From Eledone cirrhosa (Eukaryota): a DNA stretch of 64,000 bases. Positions 41,301 to 53,566 of this stretch are shown in pieces (position 1 is the first letter of the stretch; the number at the start of each line of letters is the position of its first letter). The DNA is taken from assembly GCA_964016885.1 (NCBI GenBank), contig OZ024754.1, positions 23,808,001-23,872,000 of the forward strand, read 5' to 3'. The notes beneath the pieces are model-generated. The model worked only from the letters and a program-made list of their open reading frames with translations, ran no database searches and had not been told where the DNA came from. The position numbers and the translations under genes were made by a program.

Positions 41301-42504
41301 CCCTAACACAAACAATAACCCTAACCCTAACCCTAACCCTAACCCTAACCCTAACCCAAATCCAAACCCAAACCCTAACACTAGCCCGAACCGAAACACT
41401 AACCCTAACCCTAACCCTAATGCAAACAGTAACCCTAACCCAAACATCAACACGAACCCTAACCCTAACGCTAACCCCAACCCCAACCCCAACACCACCT
41501 AACCCTAACCCTAATCCGAACCCTAACCCTAACTCTAACCCAAACGCAAACCCAAAACCTAACCCTAAACCTAACTCTAACCCTACACCAAACTCTAAAC
41601 CTATCCCTAACCCTAACCCAACCCTAACTCCAAACCTAACACCAACCGTAACCCTAACTTTAACTCTAACCCCAACCCTAAACACTACGCTAACCTCAAA
41701 CCCAACCCCAACCTCAACCCCAAACCTAAACGTAACATTAACCATAATACTAACACTAACACAAACCCTAACACTAACCGTAACCCTAACCCAAACCCTA
41801 ACCCTAACCCTAACCCTAACCCTAACCCAAATCCAAACCCAAACACTAACACAAACCCAAACCGGAACCCTAACAATAACCCTAACCCTAACCCTAACGC
41901 TAACCCTAATCCTAACCCTAACACAAACCACAACACCAACCCTAACCCTAACCGTAACCCTAACCCTAACACAAACCCTAAACCTAACCCTAACAATAAC
42001 CCTATACCTAACCCACACCCAAACCCAAACCCTATCCCTAACCGAAACCGAAACACTAAGCCTAACCCTAACCCTAACGCAAACCCTAACCCTAACCCTA
42101 ACCCAAACCTCAACACCAACCCTAACCCTAACCCTAACCATAACCCTAACCCTAACCGAAACCCTAAACCTAACCCTGACCCTAACCCAACCCTAACCCA
42201 AATTTAACCCCAACCCTAACCCCAACGCTAAGCCTAACACTAACCCTAACCCTAACCCTAACCCAAACCCTAACCATAACACAAACCCAAACACTAACCC
42301 TAACCCTAATCCTAACTCTAAACCAAACTCTAAACCAAACCCTAACCCTAACCCTAACCCTAACCCAAATCCTAACCCTAACCCTAACCCTAATCCAAAC
42401 CCCAAACCTAACACTAACTGTAACCCTAACCCTAATTATAACCCCAACCCTAACCCCCACGCTAACCCCAACCCCAACCCCAACCCCAAACCTAACTCTA
42501 TCCC
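35309..42504 (-). repeat. Degenerate telomeric array 4
   Basis: Contains a ~839-bp tandem duplication (35412 vs 36251). Confidence 0.97.
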
Positions 42505-44075
42505 TTTTACGAGTTCCGCCGCCACCGCTGCTACTGCTACCCACCAACCAGTCCGCGCGCCAACTTTTACGACGAGTTCAGTCGCTCGATCGCTCGGCCA
42601 GTTTGCGAGGTTCCACCAACGACCCGCAAAGTCGCTTTCGATGAGCATCGAAAGCGAGAGTTCACGGTAAATGCAATAGAGCCTTGGGATCCGTCTCCTT
42701 GTTCGAGAGGTGCGGGTGTCTTTCACGCTGCCGATCCATCGTTCGTCTTCCGAGTTAGTTTACGTGCGGCTGTGCGTGTGACACTCCGTCGTTTATCTTC
42801 CAAGTTAGTTTTGCGTGTCTCTATGTGTTGCACGCCGCCGCCGATCCGTCGTCTGTCTTCCAAGTTAGTTTTACGTGCTGCTGTGCGTGTAACACTCTGT
42901 CGTCCGTCTTCCTAGTTTTACGTGTAGACGACGTGTGTGTGTCTATGTGTGTTAGACGCCGACAATCCGTCATCCGACTTCCAAGTTAGTTTTACATGTA
43001 GACGGCGTGTGTGTGTTACACGCCGCCGATCCGTCGTCCGTCTTCCAAGTTAGTTTTACGTGTAGACGGGGTCTGTGTGTGTTACACGCCGCCGATCCGT
43101 CGTCCGTCTTCCAAGTTAGTTTTACGTGTAGACGGGGTCTGTGTGTGTTACACGCCGCCGATCCGTCGTCCGTCTTCCAAGTTAGTTTTACGTGTAGCCG
43201 GCGGGAAGGAATACAATCCGCCGGATAGGCGGTTCCGCCTCCGACCCGTACGCTTGCGAGTAGGCGCCGGGAAAGGCAGGCGGCAAGGTGGCGAGTATGC
43301 GCGACACGACGCACTCCGCCTTCCGCCTTCCACCCAGTAAACGTTCCCTTATTCGTCCACGCCTCCCGCTTCGATAGCGAGAAAGAACGCAATCCGCCGG
43401 CGAGGGGGTTCCGCCGCCGACCCGTAAAGTTGCGTGTAGGCAACGAGGAAACCGACCGCTCACGGTTATATCTCCTCGGTCAGGGGATCCTGTCTATTAT
43501 ATAGGGTAAGCTTGATCGGACGAGCTCGAAGAAAACGGTTACGGGTGCTATCCGTTGCGGCTCATGAATATTCCGTTTACAAGACGGGTACGTGCCGGCT
43601 TACCCTATGCGATGTCGGCTGTCTCCGCCACGAATGATATGCCGAACTGTACTCGTCCGCGCCGCCTGCACGGTAACGCCCGTGTTCCGCCTCCGATGCG
43701 AGTTCCGCTGTTGATGCGTCCCGAGTCGGCCGCCGCCGACCCATGTGGTTGCAGGGGAATCCAGCCGACGACGACCCCGAACGGCGGCGTGGTGAAGCTT
43801 CTTAGACGCGACGACAACACGCCGACATTTAGCCTCCTTCGGGGAGACCTCGTGTAGACGGCGGAAAGGAATCCAACCCGCCGCCTAGGTGGTTCCGCCG
43901 CAGACCCGTATGTTTGCGAGTCGCTGCCGGGAAAGGCAAACGGCAAGGCGGCGTGTATACGCGACAAGACGCCTTCCGCCTTCCATCCGGTAAATGTTCC
44001 CTTATTCGTCCACGCCTCCACGCATCGATCGCGAGAAAGAACGCAACCCGCCGGCGAGGCGATTCCGCCGCCGAC
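42505..44075 (+). repeat. IGS island 4 with putative Pol I spacer promoter (TATATAGGG 43498-43506)
   Basis: Near-identical to island 3. Confidence 0.9.
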
Positions 44076-47000
44076 TCTAACCCTAACCCTAACCCTAACC
44101 CTAACCCTAACCCTAACCCTAACCCATACCCTAACACTAACCCAAACCGAAACCCTAACCGCAAGCCTAACGTTAAACCTAACCTTTACCCTAACACGAA
44201 TTTCAACACCAACCCTAGCCCTAACCCTAACCCAAACTCCAACCCTAAACCTAACCATAACCCGAACCCAACCGTAACACTAACACTAACCATAACCCTA
44301 ACCCAAACCCTAACCCAAACCCTGAACCTAACAATAACACTAAACCTAATCCTATCCCTTACCCTAACATAAACACAAACCCTAAACATAAACCTAACCC
44401 TAACCCAAACACAAACCCAAACCCTAACACAAACTCTAACCCTAACCCTAACACTAACCCTATCCGTAACCATAATCCAAACCCTGACCCTCACCCTAAC
44501 TCTGACCCAAACCCAAAATAATACCCTAACACTAACCCAAACCGAAACCCTAACCGTAAGCCTAACGTTAAACCTAACCCTAACCCTAACACAAATTTCA
44601 ACACCAACCCTAACCCTAACCCAAACTCTAACCCTAAACCGAACCATAACCCAAACCCAAACCGTAACACTAACACTAACCCTAACCCTAACCCAAACCC
44701 TAACCCAAACACAAAACCAAACCCTAACACAAACCCTAACCATAACACTAACCCAAACCCTAACACTAACCCAAACCGAAACCCTAACCCTAACACTACC
44801 GCGAACCCTAACCCTAACCCTAACCCAAACCTCAACACCAACCCTAACGCCAAACCTAAACCCAAACCTAACCCCAACCCTAAACCTAACCCTAACACTA
44901 ACACTAATCCAAACCCCAAACCTAACACTAACCGTAACCCTAACCCTAACTCCAACCCCAATTCTAACCCCTACGCTAACCCCAACCCCAACCCGAAACC
45001 TAACCCTAACACTAAACCTAACCCTAACCCTAACCCTAACATTAACACTCACCCTAACTCTAACCCTAATCCTAACCCAAACCCTAACCCTAACCATAAC
45101 CCTAACCCTAACCCAAACCCTAACCTAACCCCAAACCTAACCGTAACCATAACCCTAACCACAACCCTAAACCTAACCATAACCCTAACCCTAACCCTAA
45201 CCCTAACACCTACGCTAACCCCAACCCCAACCCCAACCCCAACCCCAAACCTAACCCTAGCACTAAACCTAATCCTAACCCTAACCCTAACATTAACACT
45301 CACCCTAACTCTAACCATAACCCTAACCACAACCCTAAACCTAACCCTAACACTAACCCTGAGCCTAAGCCTAATCCAAACCCTAACACTAACCCTAACC
45401 CTAAGCCTAAACATAACCCAAAACATAACCCTAACCCTAACACTAAATCTAACACAAAGCCTAACCCTAACCCTAACGCTAACACCAACCCTAACCCCAA
45501 AGCTAACACTAACCGTAACCCTAACCCTAAACTAACCCTAACCCTAACCCTAACATTAACACTCACCCTAACTCTAACCCTAATCCTAACCATAACCCTC
45601 ACCCTAATCCAAACACTAACCCAAACCTAACTGTAACCATAACCCTAACCACAACCCTAAACCTAACCCTAACCCCAACCCTAACCCTAACCCTAAACCC
45701 AAATCTCACCCGAAAACTAACCCCAACACAGGCCCCAACCCTAACCCCAACCCTAACCCCAACCCTAGACAACCCTAACCCTAACCCTAACCAAAACCCT
45801 AACCCTAACCCTAACCCTAACCCTAATCCAAACCCTAACCTTAACCCTAACCCTAACCCTAACCCTAACCCTAACCCAAAACATAACCCTAACCCTAACA
45901 CTAACCCTAACCCAAAGCCTAACCCTAACCCTAACCCTAACACCAACCCTTACCCCAAACCTAACACTAACAGTAACCCTAACTTTAAACCTAACCCAAA
46001 CCCTAACCCTGATTCTAACCCTAACCCTATCCCAAACACAAACCCTAACCTTAACCCTAACACTAACCCTATCCCTAACACAAACCCAAATCCAAACCCT
46101 AACACTAGCCCAAACCGAAAGCCTAACCCTAACCATAACACTAACGCAAACACTGACCGTAACCCTAACCGAAACCTCAACACCAGCACTAACCCTAACC
46201 CTAACCCAACCCAAAACCTAACCCTAACACTGACCCTAACCCAAACCCTAACCAAAATCTAACCCTAACCCTAATCCTAATCCTATCCCTAAATCCCAAA
46301 GCTCACCCCAACCCTAACCCCAAACATAACCCTAACCCTAACACTAACCCCAACCCCAACCCCGACCCTACCTAACCCTAACGTAACACTAACCCAAACC
46401 CAAACCCTAACCCTAACCCTAACCCTAACCCTGACCCTAACACTAACCCTAACCCTAACCCTAATCCTAATCCTAACCCAAACCCTAAGCCAAACGTTAA
46501 ACCTATCCCTAACTCTAACCCCAAGCCTAACTCCAAACCTAACACTATCCGTAACACTAACACTAACTCTAACCCCAACCCTAACCCCTACGCTAACCCC
46601 AAACCCAACACCAACCCCAACCCCAAACCTAACCGTAAACCTAACCCAAACCCAAACCCAAACCCTAACACTAATCCAAACCGAAACCCTAAACCTAACC
46701 CTAACCCTAAACCTAACGCTAACCCTAAACCTAACCCAAACCCTAACCCTAACCCTGACCCTAACCCAAACCCTAACCAAAATCTAACCCTAACACAAAC
46801 CCTAGACTTAATCCTAAACCTAACCCCAAATCTAACCCCAACCCTAACCCTAACCCTAGCACTAACCCCAACCCCAACAACGACCCCACCTAACCGTAAC
46901 CCTAACCCTAACCCTAACCCTAATCCTAACCCTAACCCAAACCCTAAGCCAAACATTAAACCTAACTCTAACGCTAACCCAAAACCTAACCCTAACTCTA

Positions 47001-50000
47001 ACCCTATCCCTAACCCTAAACCCAACCCTAACCCCAAACCTATCACTATCCGTAACACTAACCCTAACTCTAACACCAACCCTAATCCCTACGCTAACCC
47101 CAAACCCAACACCAACCATAACCCTAACCCTAACCCTAACCTTAACCCTAACCCGAACCCTAACACTTACGCTAACCATAACCCTCACCCAAACCTCAAC
47201 ACTAAACCTAAGCCTAACCCTAACCCTAACCCAAACTCTAACCATAACTCTAACCCTAACCCAAACCCAAACCCTAACTCTAACACTAACCCTAACCCAA
47301 ACCGTAACCCAAACACTAAACCTAACCCTAACACTAAACCTATCCTAACCCTAACCCTAACAAAAAAACACCTAAACATAACCCTAACGCTAATCCAAAC
47401 ACAAACCCAAACCCTTACACAAAACCTAACCCTAACACTAACCCTATCCCTAAGCCAAAACCTAACCCAAACCTCAACACCGACATTAACCCTAACCCTA
47501 ACCCTAACCCTAAATCCTAACCCTAACCCCAAACCTAACCCCAACCCTAACCCCAAGCTTAACCCTAGCCCTAACACTAACCCCAACCCCAACCCTAACC
47601 CTAACCCAAAGCCTAACCATAAAACAAACCCAAACCCTAAACCTAACATCAACACTAAACCTAACCCTAACCCTAACCGTAAACCTAAGCATAACCCAAA
47701 CCCTAACACTTGCCCTAATCCTAAACCTAACCCAAATCCTAACACTAACCCTAACCCTAATCCAAACCCCAACCTAACACTAACCGTCACCCTAACACTA
47801 ATTCCAACCATAACCCCTACGTTAACGCCAACCCCAACACCAAACCCAACCACAAACCTAGCCTAAACCCTAAACCTAACCCTACCCGTAACCCTAACAC
47901 TAACACTAACTCTAAAACTAACCCTAACCCAAACCCTAGCCCTAACCCTAACCGAAACTCTAACCTAAACCCAAACCTAACCCTAACCCTAACCATAACC
48001 CTAACGACGATCCTAACCCTAACCTCAACCCTAACCCTAATCCTAAACCCAACTCTAACCCCAACCTAACACCAACCCTAATACTAACCCTATCCCAAAC
48101 CCTAACCCTAACACTAACCCTAACCCTAAATCTAACCCTAATCCAAACCCTAAACATAACCCTAACACTAACCCTAACCCTAACCCTAAACCTAACCCTA
48201 ACCCAAAACCTAACCATAACCCTAACCCAAAACCTAACCCTAATCCTAACCCTAACCCTAACCCCAAACCTAACCATAACCTTAACTCTAACCCCAACCC
48301 TAAACCCTACGCTAACCGCAACCCCATCACCAACCCCAAACCTAACCCCAAACCTAACCCTAGCCCTAACCCTAACCCTAACCCTAACCCTAACACAAAC
48401 CCTAACCCTAACCCTAACACAAACCCTAAACCTAACCCTAACCAAAACTCAAACCCAAATCCTAACAATAACCCAAACCGAAAACCTAACCCTAAACGTA
48501 ACCCTAACCCTAACCCCAACCCAAACCTCAACACCAACTCTAAGACTAAACCTACCCCAAACCCTAACCGTAACCCTAACCCTAACCCTGACCTTAACCC
48601 TAACCCTTACCCTAAACCAAATCCTAACCCAAACCCTATCCCTAACACAAACCCAAACCCCAATCCTAACCCTAATCCTAACCCTAATTCTAACCGTAAA
48701 CCTAACCCTAACACAAACCCTAACCCTAACCCTAACCCTAACCCTAACCCAAATCCTAACCCTAACACTAACACTAATCCAAACCCCAAACCTAACACTA
48801 ACCGTAACCCTAACTCCCACCCCAACACTAACCCCAACCACAACCCCAACCCCAACCCCAATCCTAACCCTAACCCTAACCCTAACCCTAACGCTAACAC
48901 TAACACTAACCCTATCTCTAACCCTAAACCTAACCCAAACACTAAACCTAACCCTAACCCTAACCTTGACCCTAACCCTAATCTTTATCCTAACCCTAAA
49001 CCTAAACCTAACACTAACCCTAACACTAAACCAAAGCCAAACCCAGACCAAAACACTAATCCTAAACCTAACCCAAAACCAAACCCTCACCCTAACCTAA
49101 CCCCAAACCTAACCCTAACCATAACTCTAACCGTAACCCTAACCCCAACATTAACCCCAACCCTAACCCAACCCTAACCCCAACCCTAACCCTAACCCTA
49201 ACCAAAACCCTAACCCTAACACTAACCCTAACACTAATCCTAACCCTAAACCTAACCCTAACCCCAACCCTAATCCTAACCCCAGCCCTGACCCAAACCC
49301 TAACCCTAACCCTAAATCTAACCCTAACCCTAAACATAACCCTAAACATAACCCTAACCCTAACCCGAACCTAACCCTAATACTAACACTAACCATATGA
49401 CAAACCAAAACCCTAACCCTTACCCTAACCCTAACCCTGACCCCAAAACTAACCCTAACCTTAACCCAAACCCTAACACTAACCATAACCCTAACTCTAA
49501 CACTAACCCTAACACTAAACCAAACCCAAACCCAAACACTAACCCTAATCCTAAACCTAACACAAAACCAAACCCTAACCCTAAACCTGACCCTAAACCT
49601 AACCCAAACTCAAACCATAACCCTAACACTAACCCTAACCCTAACCCTAACCCTAATCCAAAAGCTAACCCTAAACCTAACACTAACCTTAACCCTAACC
49701 ATAACACAAAACCTAACCCTAAACCAAACCTTATCTCTAACCCTAACCGAAACACTAACCAAAACCCTAACCACAACCCAAACACTAACTCTAACGCCAA
49801 TCCAAAACCTAACCCTAACGCAAACCCTAACCCTAACCCCAACCCAAATCTCAACACCAACTCTAACACTAACCCTAACCCTGACCATAACACAAAACCT
49901 AACCCTAAACCTAACCTTATCTCTAACCCTAACCGAAACACTAACCAAAACCCTAACCACAACCCAAACACTAACTCTAACGCTAATCCAAAACCTAACC

Positions 50001-53000
50001 CTAACCCTAACCCAAACCCTAACCCTAACTTTAACCCTAACCCTTGCTTTAAACCAAACCCTAACCCAAAACCTAACACTAACACTAACCCAAACCCTAA
50101 TCCTAACCCTAACCCTAACATAAACACTAACCCTAACCCTAGCCCTAACCCTAACCCTAACCCTAACACTAAACCTATCCCTAACCCTAACCCAAACCCT
50201 AACCCTAAACCTATCCCTAACACAAACCCAAACCCCATTACTAACCCTAAACCTAACCCTAACCCTCACCCAAACCCTAACCCTAACACAAACCGAAACC
50301 CTAACCCTAAGCCTAAACCTAATCCTAACACTAATTCTAACCGTAAACCTAAACCTAACACAAACCCTAACCCTAACCCTAACCCTAACCCTAATCCAAA
50401 CCCCAAACCTAACACTGACCGTAATTCTACCCCAACCCCAACCCCAACACTAACTCTAACCTTAACACTAACAGTAACCCCAACCACAAACCCAACCCCA
50501 ACCCCAATCCTAACCCTAACCCTAACCCTAACCCTAACCCTAACACTAACACTAACCCTATCTCTAACCCTAAACCTAACCATAACACTAAACCTAACCC
50601 TAACCCTAATCCTAACACTAACCCTAACCCTAACCCTAACCCTAATCCTAACCGTAAACCTAAACCTAACCCTAACCCTAACCCTAGCCCTAAACCTAGC
50701 CCTAACACTAATCCTAACACTAAACCAAAGCCAAACCCAAACCAAAACACTAATCCTAAACCTAACCCGAAACCAAACCCTAACCCTAACCTAACCCCAA
50801 ACCTAACCTTAACCATAACTCTAACCACAACACTAACCCCAACACTAACCCCAACACTAACCCCAACCCTAACCCCACCCTAATCTAACACTAATCCTTA
50901 CCCTAACACTAATCCTAACCCTAACCCTAACCCTAACCCTAACCCTAACCCTATCCCTAAATCTAACCCTAACCCTAAACCTAAACATAACCCTAACCCT
51001 AACCCGAACCCTAACCCTAAACCTAAGCCTAACCATATCCCAAACACAAACCCTAACCGTAAACCGAACCCTAACCCTAAAAGTAACCCTAACACTAACC
51101 CAAGCCCTAACACAAACCATAACCCTAAACCTAACACTAGCCCTAACACTAAGCCAAACCCAAACCCAAACACTAATCCTAACCCTAAACCTAACCCAAA
51201 ATCAAACCCTAACCCTAAATCTAACCCTAACCCTAACCCAAACCCAAACCATAACCCTAACACTAACCCTAATCTAACCCTAACCCTAATCCAAAACCTA
51301 ACCCTAAACCTAACACTAGCCCTAACCCTAACCCTAACCCAAAACATAACCCTAAACCTAACCTTAACTCTAACCCTAACCGAAACCCTAACCCAAACCC
51401 GAACCACAACCCAAACACTAACTCTAACGCTAACCCAAAACCTAACCCTAACCCTAACCCTAACCCAAAACCTAACCCCAACCATAACCTTTACGCTAAC
51501 ACCAAACCCAACCCCAACCTCAAACCTAACCCTAACCCTAAACCTACCCCTAACCCTAACACTAACACTAAAACTAACCCTAACTCTAATCCTATCCCTA
51601 GCCCTAACCCTAAACCTAACCCTAACCCAAACACTAACCTAACCTAAAACCTAACAATAACAATAACCCGAACCACAAAACTAACCCTCAACCTAACCCC
51701 AACCCTAACCCTAACTCTAAACCCAACTCTAACCCCAACACTAACCCCAACCCTAACTCCAACCCTAACACCAACACTAACACTAACGCTAACCAAAACC
51801 CTAAGCCTAACCCTAACCCTAATCCTAACCCTAACCCTAACTCAAACCGAAACCCTAATCCTAACCCTAACCCGAACGCAAACCCTAGCACTAACCATAA
51901 CCCAAACCTCAACACCAACCCAAAACCTAACCCTAAACCTAACCCTAACTCTAACCCTAACCCAAACCCTAACCCAAACCCTAACACTAACACTAATCCT
52001 AACCCTAATCCTAACCCTAACCCTAACATAAACACTAACCCGAAACATAACCCTAACCCTAACCCAAACACAAACCCAAACCCTAACACAAACCCTAACC
52101 CTAACTCTAAACCTAACCCTAACACTAACACTAACCCTATCCCTAGCCCTAATCCAAACTATAACCCTAACTCTATCCCTAACACAAACCCAAACCCCAT
52201 TCCTAACCCTAAACCTAACCCTAACCCTCACCCAAACCCTAACCCTAACACAAACAAAAACCCTAACCATAAGCCTAACCCTAATCCTAACCCTAATTCT
52301 AACCGTAAACCTAACCCTAACACAAACCCTAACCCTAACCCTATCTCAAACCCTAACCCTAACACTAACCCTAACCCTAAACGTAACCCTAATCCAAACC
52401 CTAAACATAACCCTAACACTAACCCTAACCCTAACCCTAAACTTAACACTAACCCTAAACCAAAACCTAACCCGAACCCTTCCCCCAAAACCTAACCCTA
52501 ATCCTAACCTAAACCTAACCCCAAATCTAACCCCAAACCTATCCCTAACCCTAACTCTAACCCCAACCCTAAACCCTACGCTAACCGCAACACCCACACC
52601 AACCCCAAACCTAGCCCCAAACCTAACCCTAACACTAACCCTAACCCAAACCCTAACCCTAACCCTAACCCTAACTTTAACCCTAACCCTTGCCCTAAAC
52701 CAAACCCTAACCCAAACCCTAACACTAGCACTAACCCAAACCCTAATCCTAACCCTAACCCTAACATAAACACTAACGCTAACCCTAACGCTAAACCTAA
52801 CACTAACCCTAACACTAACCCTATTCCTAACCCTAACCCAAACCCTAACCCTAAACCTATCCCTAACACAAACCCAAACCCCATTCCTAACCCTAAACCT
52901 AACCCTATGCCTCACCCAAACCGTAACCCTAACACAAACCCAAACCCTAACCCTAAGCCTAACCCTAATCCTAACCCTAACCCTAAGCCTAACCTAATCC

Positions 53001-53566
53001 AAACCCCAAACCTAACGCTAAGCGTAACTCTAACTCCCACCCCAACACCAAACCCAACCCCAACCCCAAACCTAACCCTAACCCTAAACCTACCCCTAAC
53101 CCTAACACTAACACTAAAACTAACCCTAACTCTAATCCTATCCCTAAACCTAACCCTAACCCTAAACCTAACCCTAACCCAAACCCTAACCTAACCTAAA
53201 ACCTAACAATAACAATAACCCGAACCACAAAACTAACCCTCAACCTAACCCCAACCCTAACCCTAACTCTAAACCCAACTCTAACCCCAACACTAACCCC
53301 AACCCTAACCCCAACCCTAACCCCTACCCTAACACTAACGCTAACCCAAACCCTAAACCTAACCCTAACCCTAATCCTAACCCTAACCCTAACTCAAACC
53401 GAAACCCTAATCCTAACCCTAACCCGAACGCAAACCCTAACACTAACCATAACCCAAACCGCAACACCAACTCAAAACCTAACCCTAAACCTAACCCTAA
53501 CTCTAACCCTAACCCAAACCCTAACCCAAACCCTAACACTAACACTAACCCTAACCCTAATCCTAA
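44076..53566 (-). repeat. Degenerate telomeric array 5
   Basis: As above; ends abruptly at ...ccctaatcCTAA. Confidence 0.97.

Noticed and set aside
24692-44075. Islands as independent insertions of a telomere-targeting retroelement (SART/TRAS-like)
   Set aside because: No RT or endonuclease, only four A's as a tail, flanking variant repeats shared between islands (co-duplication), and the sequence is contiguous with 28S in the first copy.
16067-53545. Numerous long ORFs encoding VR, GL, NP or LT dipeptide repeats
   Set aside because: These are automatic translations of (TTAGGG/CCCTAA)n with no gene structure. RAN-type VR/GL peptides cannot be inferred from sequence alone.
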